Shown: in pieces, positions 61,445-64,000 of the stretch
Layout: each line of letters opens with the position of its first letter
Numbering within the stretch: the first letter of the stretch is position 1
Source: Acidobacteriota bacterium
GTDB lineage: Bacteria > Acidobacteriota > UBA890 > WLXD01
Direction of reading: 5' to 3'
DNA length: 64,000 nt
Assembly (NCBI GenBank): GCA_965205505.1
Contig: CBDBHB010000008.1
Coordinates: 704,001 to 768,000 of the forward strand
Program-made: the position numbers and the translations under genes
The notes under the pieces: model-generated
Seen by the model: only the letters and a program-made list of their open reading frames with translations
The model's database searches: none
Told to the model about the DNA's origin: nothing

Positions 61445-63292
61445 TCATTTCTCGATCGCGCCGATGTCGCATTCCGCGCCGTTGATGCCGTCGCCATCCC
61501 GGGGCCGCTCGGTTCCGTTCTGGTCGTAGTCCGTGCAGACTTCGTCGTCGCCCCCATCGATGACGGGAGAGCCGGCCGTAGGCTGCAGCGCCAACGGCAC
61601 GACAGTCGCCTCTCCAGGTTCCCCAGGCGCCGACCCTCCGGATCCTGATCCCTCGAATGTCGAAGCGTCGCCTGGGGACCCGTCGACGTCCATCGCCTCG
61701 CCGAGTCCCAGCGCTTCGAGGCGGGGGTCAAGGGAGATGTCCGAGCTGCAGGAACCGTCGCTGTCCAAGTTGTGGCCGCCCACGGTCAAGATGCCTCGAA
61801 CCTCGCAGTCGCCGACCGTTGTTCCGGAGTCGTAGATGATCGTGTTCGACAGCTCGACCACAGTTCCGGAGTCTACGAACAGGCCGCTGGCCAGCATCCC
61901 GGCTTTGTTGCCGTACAGGGTGGTGTTGCGAACGAACACATCACCAGAGCGGCGCATGGAGACGCCGCCACCCGTCTGATCGGCGCCGTTCAAGGCAAAC
62001 GTGGAGTTCTCGATTGCCACCAAGGCATCGCTAATCAGCATCGCGCCGCCCTCTCCATTGGCGTAGTTGCCCGAGAAAGCACTGCGCTTGACGGTGCTAC
62101 TACCGCGGCTGAGATACGCTCCGCCGCCCTGCAAGGCGGTGTTGAGAATCACCGTTGACTTGTGAACCTGAACGAGCGCGGCCCCGATGACACGCATCCC
62201 ACCTCCGGCCATCCGAGCGTGGTTGTCCTTCACCGTCGTGTCTTCGAGAGTGAGGTTAGCGGGCTGAACGTTCGCAAACAGCGCTCCTCCCGAGTGTCCC
62301 GCCTGGTTGCCCTCGAACCATCCAGCGGTCGCGAGCAGCGATCCTCCCTGCATCATGAGCGCTCCGCCATTGCCATTGGTGGTCTCGCCGGCGACGTTCC
62401 CGAGCAAGCTAGACCCGGCGAGCGTCAAGTCGCATCGATCGGCATACATGCCGCCGCCGCCCGCCGCTCGATTGGCCCTCAACTCGCCATCGCTGATCGT
62501 TAGCTCTCGGCCAAAACAGGCGATCGCGCCGCCGTAATCGTCCGCCCGATTCGATTCGAATGTCGCGCCGTCAACGAGCACCGGGGCACCGCCGCTGACG
62601 AAGGCAAGCGCTCCACCGTGCCCCCCTGCCCGGTTGGCGACGAAGCTGCCTCCTGTGATGCCGTCCGCGATCCCGGACGTACTAACGGCCCCACCGGAGC
62701 CCTGCGCGGTGTTCCCGGTGAAGTCTGTGTCCTGCAACGTCAAGCTCCCCTCGTTGCCGCTGGCGATCGCGCCACCGGAGCCGGCGGCAGCACGGTTGGA
62801 GTCGAAGATCGACGAGATCGCGGAGAAGCGCGCTGCTCCAGCGTTGTAGATAGCACCACCGCTTTGCACAGCGAAGCAGTGAACGACCAAGACATTGTCC
62901 AGGCTCGTACGGCCGGAGTTGTGAATGCAACCACCGCGCGGATTCGGGGTGTCGCCGGTCTCACCGCCGCTACCCCGCAGCGTCACGCGCGACAGGTGCA
63001 AGTCACCCTCGGAGTCCACCGTGATCACCGGGCCGCCGTTCGCCGTGATCACGGCGGCGAGCGGACTGGCACTCTCCGACGCCCCGGTGATGCGGACTGC
63101 GCCGTCGACGGTGAGCCGCTCACTGTAGGTGCCCGCACCCAAGGCGATCCGGGTGCAGCCACGTCCAATCGCCTCAGCAATGCTGTCGCCGTCGGCCAAG
63201 ACACACGACTGTGAAGCTGCCTCGCCTGGCACAACGCCGGCCAGCCCGCCGAAGAGGCACGCCGACATCGTCAAACGGAAGAATCCGCGCAT
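61445..63292 (-). CDS. Exported beta-helix protein with Pmp-like GGA(I/L/V)/FxxN repeats and a choice-of-anchor Q-like C-terminus
   Basis: FDSN..GGAI, FTGN..GGAV, FVAN..GGAL, FESN..GGAI, FEGN..GGAL; C-terminal GSPVIDGG..DQNG..RP.DGDG....CDIGAIE; AGGAG RBS before ATG 63292. Confidence 0.82.
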   Translation of the reverse strand: MRGFFRLTMSACLFGGLAGVVPGEAASQSCVLADGDSIAEAIGRGCTRIALGAGTYSERLTVDGAVRITGASESASPLAAVITANGGPVITVDSEGDLHLSRVTLRGSGGETGDTPNPRGGCIHNSGRTSLDNVLVVHCFAVQSGGAIYNAGAARFSAISSIFDSNRAAAGSGGAIASGNEGSLTLQDTDFTGNTAQGSGGAVSTSGIADGITGGSFVANRAGGHGGALAFVSGGAPVLVDGATFESNRADDYGGAIACFGRELTISDGELRANRAAGGGGMYADRCDLTLAGSSLLGNVAGETTNGNGGALMMQGGSLLATAGWFEGNQAGHSGGALFANVQPANLTLEDTTVKDNHARMAGGGMRVIGAALVQVHKSTVILNTALQGGGAYLSRGSSTVKRSAFSGNYANGEGGAMLISDALVAIENSTFALNGADQTGGGVSMRRSGDVFVRNTTLYGNKAGMLASGLFVDSGTVVELSNTIIYDSGTTVGDCEVRGILTVGGHNLDSDGSCSSDISLDPRLEALGLGEAMDVDGSPGDASTFEGSGSGGSAPGEPGEATVVPLALQPTAGSPVIDGGDDEVCTDYDQNGTERPRDGDGINGAECDIGAIEK

Positions 63293-63486
63293 CGTCTCCT
63301 CTTGAATCACCGGCGCTTCGTCGGAGGGCGCCGGTAGCGCGAGAAACCACAGCGCCCCCGGCGCCGTGTCGGAATATACAGCGATCATGGAACCAGTCAA
63401 CGAATTCTCCTCCGCAAGGCGCTCCCGTCGGCTCGAATCGATAGAATCCAGGCTTCCGACCGCAACCCGATATGAGGAGAGCTCCA

Positions 63487-64000
63487 ATGAAAGCGCCATC
63501 GCTGATCCTGGCTACGGCTCTGTTGTCATCGCCCGTTGGGATCGCGGTCGAGGCACAGCAAGCGAGCCCCGCCGAGCTGCGAGTGCAGCCTACGGAGCTG
63601 GCTCTCGACGTGGGCGACACAGCACAGATCGAGGCAATCGTCGTCGACGCGGCCGGCAATGCGTTGAACGTGCCCGTGCTCTATCTATCGATGTCTCGCC
63701 GCGACGTTGCGGTCAGCCAAGACGGTCGTATCGCGGCTCAGAGACCAGGCGAGTTCACCATCGTGGTGCGAGTCCCCATGGAGGGGAGGGCCGGGCCGGG
63801 AGCGGAAGCGCTACTCGAGAGGCGTGTACGCGTCACGATCGCGCCTCCCGCGGTCACTGCGGTGGCCTTTGTGGGGCCCCCTAACCGCTATTACGCCGGC
63901 TCGGCGGTACAGCTGGAGGTACGGGCAACGAGCACCGACGGGAACGTCCGCCGGGATCCGGCGGTGCGGTACTCCACCGACGACGCCACTGTGGCCAGCG
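63487..64000 (+). CDS. Ig-like domain exported protein, paralog of 52190..54195 (runs off the window edge)
   Basis: GAGGAG RBS; MKAPSLILATALL..AQQ..LRVQPTELALDVGDTAQIEAIVVDAAG..LSMSRRDVAVSQDG..VAFVGPPNRYYAG, colinear with the 54195 protein. Not in the ORF track. Confidence 0.85.
   Translation, partial: MKAPSLILATALLSSPVGIAVEAQQASPAELRVQPTELALDVGDTAQIEAIVVDAAGNALNVPVLYLSMSRRDVAVSQDGRIAAQRPGEFTIVVRVPMEGRAGPGAEALLERRVRVTIAPPAVTAVAFVGPPNRYYAGSAVQLEVRATSTDGNVRRDPAVRYSTDDATVAS

Noticed and set aside
1-64000. CRISPR array, tRNA, rRNA, prophage or defence genes
   Set aside because: No regularly spaced direct repeats, cloverleaf or rRNA signatures, or relevant protein motifs seen by eye.

Overview
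GC-rich bacterial genomic window, densely coding, with no rRNA, tRNA or CRISPR array seen. The gene inventory (PadR plus a MacB/ADOP permease remnant, VPS10/BNR hydrolase, DUF5916, PQQ-type propellers, Ig+LVIVD proteins) suggests Acidobacteriota or Gemmatimonadota; this is inference. Most genes encode exported peptidases, amidohydrolases or CocE/NonD hydrolases, plus amino-acid and peptide transporters. Highlights: (1) a ~1.4 kb IS110-family (IS1111-type layout) element at 46642-48044. Its 3' non-coding end folds into a bridge/seek-RNA-like internal loop, and one loop strand is complementary to the reconstructed empty insertion site, which is the terminus of a repeat also present unoccupied at 9937. 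(2) A family of CTAG-bounded structured repeats (MITE/REPIN-like; one full copy at 45380-45660 plus partial copies) that often overlap stop codons. (3) A GrdB/PrdB-like selenoprotein with in-frame UGA in a UxxC motif and a SECIS-like hairpin, next to POT transporters and two GcvT/DmdA-like genes. (4) About eight genes broken by single indels or nonsense codons, which may be consensus errors or pseudogenisation. All product calls come from recalled family motifs, not database searches.
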